Source: Candidatus Kapaibacterium sp.
GTDB taxonomy: Bacteria > Bacteroidota > Ignavibacteria > Kapaibacteriales > UBA2268
NCBI GenBank assembly: GCA_963665665.1
Contig: OY762428.1
Coordinates: 2,560,001-2,624,000, forward strand
DNA: 64,000 nucleotides
Reading direction: 5' to 3'
Shown here: piece after piece, positions 61,826-64,000 of the stretch
Numbering within the stretch: position 1 is the first letter of the stretch
Layout: the number at the start of each line of letters is the position of its first letter
Translations under genes and position numbers: made by a program
Notes under the pieces: generated by a model
Told to the model about the DNA's origin: nothing
What the model saw: the letters and a program-made list of their open reading frames with translations, nothing else
The model's database searches: none

Positions 61826-62700
61826 AAATATTATTAACAAATCACGCTTTAAAAAGATTCGGAGGTTCGGAATCCTATACTTTTACTCTGGCTAAAGAAT
61901 TATCAAAATACCACGAAGTATCAATTTATACTCCGGAGCCCGGGCCAGTAGCAAAATTTTTTTCTGATTTTTCAGAAATTGTTGAAAATCCCTCCTGCAA
62001 TTATGACTTTGTTATTTACTTTCATAATAATACAATTTTACCAAATCTAAAATCCATACCGCAGATTTATACTATTAACGGTATTTTTCCAAAACTGGAA
62101 CAGCCCCCGGCAGGTATGACTAAGTATGTTGCAATATCAAAAGAAATTGCTGATCATTTTAAAGATTTATCACCTTCAATTATTCTCAATGGAATTGATA
62201 CAACAAAATACAAACCAAATGAAAAAAAAGATAATAATAAAAAGAATGTTTTATTTTCAAGTCATTATAAAAGCAACATTTCAAGATTAATTAAATATGC
62301 TTGTTTAAGTCTTGGTTTAAATTTCAGACGAATAGGATCGGCAGATACAAAAAGAACAGATGTTAGAGAAGATTTACATTGGGCTGATATTGTTATTGGT
62401 CTTGGCAGGACAGCAATGGAAGCGCTTTCTTCCGGGAAAAAGGTTATTGTTGCAGACAAAAGGTCTTATGCAAATATAGGGATGGATGGATTGTTGACAA
62501 AAGACAATGTAGCTCGTTCTTGTAATAATAATTACTCTGGCAGAGCTTTCAAAAAAAGAATAAATATTTTTTTAATTAGAAAAGAATTAAAAAAGGCTAT
62601 CGAAGATAATACTTGTTGGGAAAGAGATTGGATTTGTGAAAATCATGATATTACAAAAATTGCTCAGAAATATATCGATTTAATAATTAAAAACAAATAG
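61822..62700 (+). CDS. glycosyltransferase (GT-B/GT4-like)
   Basis: 'MKILLTN....GGSE.Y...LA.EL', 'ILNGID', 'ADIVIGLGRTAMEALSSG'. Confidence 0.8.
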   Translation: MKILLTNHALKRFGGSESYTFTLAKELSKYHEVSIYTPEPGPVAKFFSDFSEIVENPSCNYDFVIYFHNNTILPNLKSIPQIYTINGIFPKLEQPPAGMTKYVAISKEIADHFKDLSPSIILNGIDTTKYKPNEKKDNNKKNVLFSSHYKSNISRLIKYACLSLGLNFRRIGSADTKRTDVREDLHWADIVIGLGRTAMEALSSGKKVIVADKRSYANIGMDGLLTKDNVARSCNNNYSGRAFKKRINIFLIRKELKKAIEDNTCWERDWICENHDITKIAQKYIDLIIKNK

Positions 62701-62712
62701 CCATTTAATGCC

Positions 62713-63522
62713 ATGAAGATTATAGGATTAACCAGAATCAGAAATGAAGAAAAAATCATCAAAGATACTTTAGATCATTTATCAACATACTGTAACGAAA
62801 TTTATATTTATGATGATGCATCTACTGATAAGACTTTAGAAATTTGTCGATCTCATCCCAATGTGACAGGTATTATTGAATGTAAAATTTGGGAAGAAGA
62901 AAGATTAAACGCTGAAACAAAAAACCGACAAAAATTATTAGAACTTGCTCAACAGAATGCTACAGAGAATGATTGGTTTGTATATATTGATGCTGATGAA
63001 AGGATAGAATTTGATTGGGATATTTTGAATTCTACCAAAGCTAATGCCGTAAAGATGAAATTGTTTGATTTTTATATAACAGAAGAAGATAAAGATAAGA
63101 CATATATTGATCGGGAATGGCTTGGACCTGAATACAGAGAAATAATTATGGCTTTTAAAAATTCAAAAGAATTAAAATATTATCGGCCAATTCAAAGAGA
63201 AGCAACTCTTCCAGCAAATAGTATCATTTTATACAAAGGATTTGTAAGGCATTATGGAAAAGCAATTTCCATCGAAGAATGGGAAGAGACTTGTGATTAT
63301 TATATAAAATATTTTGAAAAATATAGCGCAAAATGGGCACAAAGAAAGGGAAAAGCAATTCATTCAATTTCTGATTTTGGCTGTAAACTAATTAAATGGG
63401 ATGAGAAGGAATTAAAAGGTTTTCCAATTCAATGGGTATCGGGAAAGAAAAAAAAGAAAGTAAAATTATTTCTAAAAAGAATTCAAATATTTCTTAAAAC
63501 TAAGAGAATGATTTGTCTTTGA
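62713..63522 (+). CDS. glycosyltransferase family 2
   Basis: 'RNEE..I...L', 'YDDASTD.T', 'IDADE'. Confidence 0.85.
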   Translation: MKIIGLTRIRNEEKIIKDTLDHLSTYCNEIYIYDDASTDKTLEICRSHPNVTGIIECKIWEEERLNAETKNRQKLLELAQQNATENDWFVYIDADERIEFDWDILNSTKANAVKMKLFDFYITEEDKDKTYIDREWLGPEYREIIMAFKNSKELKYYRPIQREATLPANSIILYKGFVRHYGKAISIEEWEETCDYYIKYFEKYSAKWAQRKGKAIHSISDFGCKLIKWDEKELKGFPIQWVSGKKKKKVKLFLKRIQIFLKTKRMICL

Positions 63523-64000
63523 ACATCTATACCATAGTAGTAACCTATAACGGAGAAAAATGGGCCGAGCGTTGTTTCGGAAGCCTGGTTAATTCCGATA
63601 TTGAAAACCATACTATCCTGGCAATAGATAATGGATCAACAGATAAGACTTTAGATATAATCAGACGTAAATTTCCGCAGGTTAAAATAATTGAAACAGG
63701 TGAAAACCTCGGCTTCGGCAAAGCAAATAATATTGGATTAAGCCTGGCATATAAAAACAATGCAGACTATGTGTTTCTGATCAATCAGGATGCCTGGGTG
63801 GATAGTAACCAAACTCTCAAACAAATGGTAAATATCCATGAGAAAAATCCTGATTACGGTATAATAAGTCCGGTACATTTGAATGCAGACAGGACATTAG
63901 ATAAGGGTTTCTCGAATTATGTAAAAGCAGGTGTGGATAATTCATTTTTATTGGATTCCTTAAGCAGAAATATTAGTAGGGACGCTTATCCTGTTAAATT
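63519..64000 (+). CDS. glycosyltransferase family 2 (3'-truncated by window)
   Basis: TTG start overlapping the previous stop; NIYTIVVTYNGEKW...IDNGSTD...NLGFGKANNIG...FLINQDAW. Confidence 0.85.
   Translation, partial: MNIYTIVVTYNGEKWAERCFGSLVNSDIENHTILAIDNGSTDKTLDIIRRKFPQVKIIETGENLGFGKANNIGLSLAYKNNADYVFLINQDAWVDSNQTLKQMVNIHEKNPDYGIISPVHLNADRTLDKGFSNYVKAGVDNSFLLDSLSRNISRDAYPVK

Noticed and set aside
1-64000. tRNA or rRNA genes
   Set aside because: No cloverleaf with T-loop consensus or rRNA-like sequence recognised by eye; not verified computationally.

Overview
AT-rich bacterial chromosomal window. Several proteins end in type IX secretion (T9SS) C-terminal sorting domains, which together with menA/menG point to the Bacteroidota-Chlorobiota-Ignavibacteria/Kapabacteria group (inference). 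Housekeeping genes (menA, rfaE1/E2, rpmG, M20 and M16 peptidases, rlpA, menG/ubiE, a biotin carboxylase/BCCP/carboxyltransferase operon, an RND pump, the start of a wzm/wzt glycan locus) alternate with accessory material: tandem Rpn nucleases, a triplet of BNR-repeat T9SS paralogs, a frameshifted IetAS-like pair, YhcG, an Abi_2/AbiF HEPN gene with a leader hairpin, and two orphan RHS toxin-immunity tips. REP-like palindromes are frequent. The standout is at 31.8-34.3 kb. A CarH/LitR-type B12-dependent MerR photoreceptor is transcribed divergently from a tandem array of six near-identical 56-57 aa two-cysteine microproteins, five of them missed by the ORF track. Each has its own RBS, the array sits behind a near-consensus promoter with 11-bp-phased TnnACA operator-like repeats, and it ends in one terminator. 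Also notable are a poly-C tract that puts the signal peptide of a Cys-rich T9SS protein out of frame and duplicated promoter/REP blocks that head different foreign genes.
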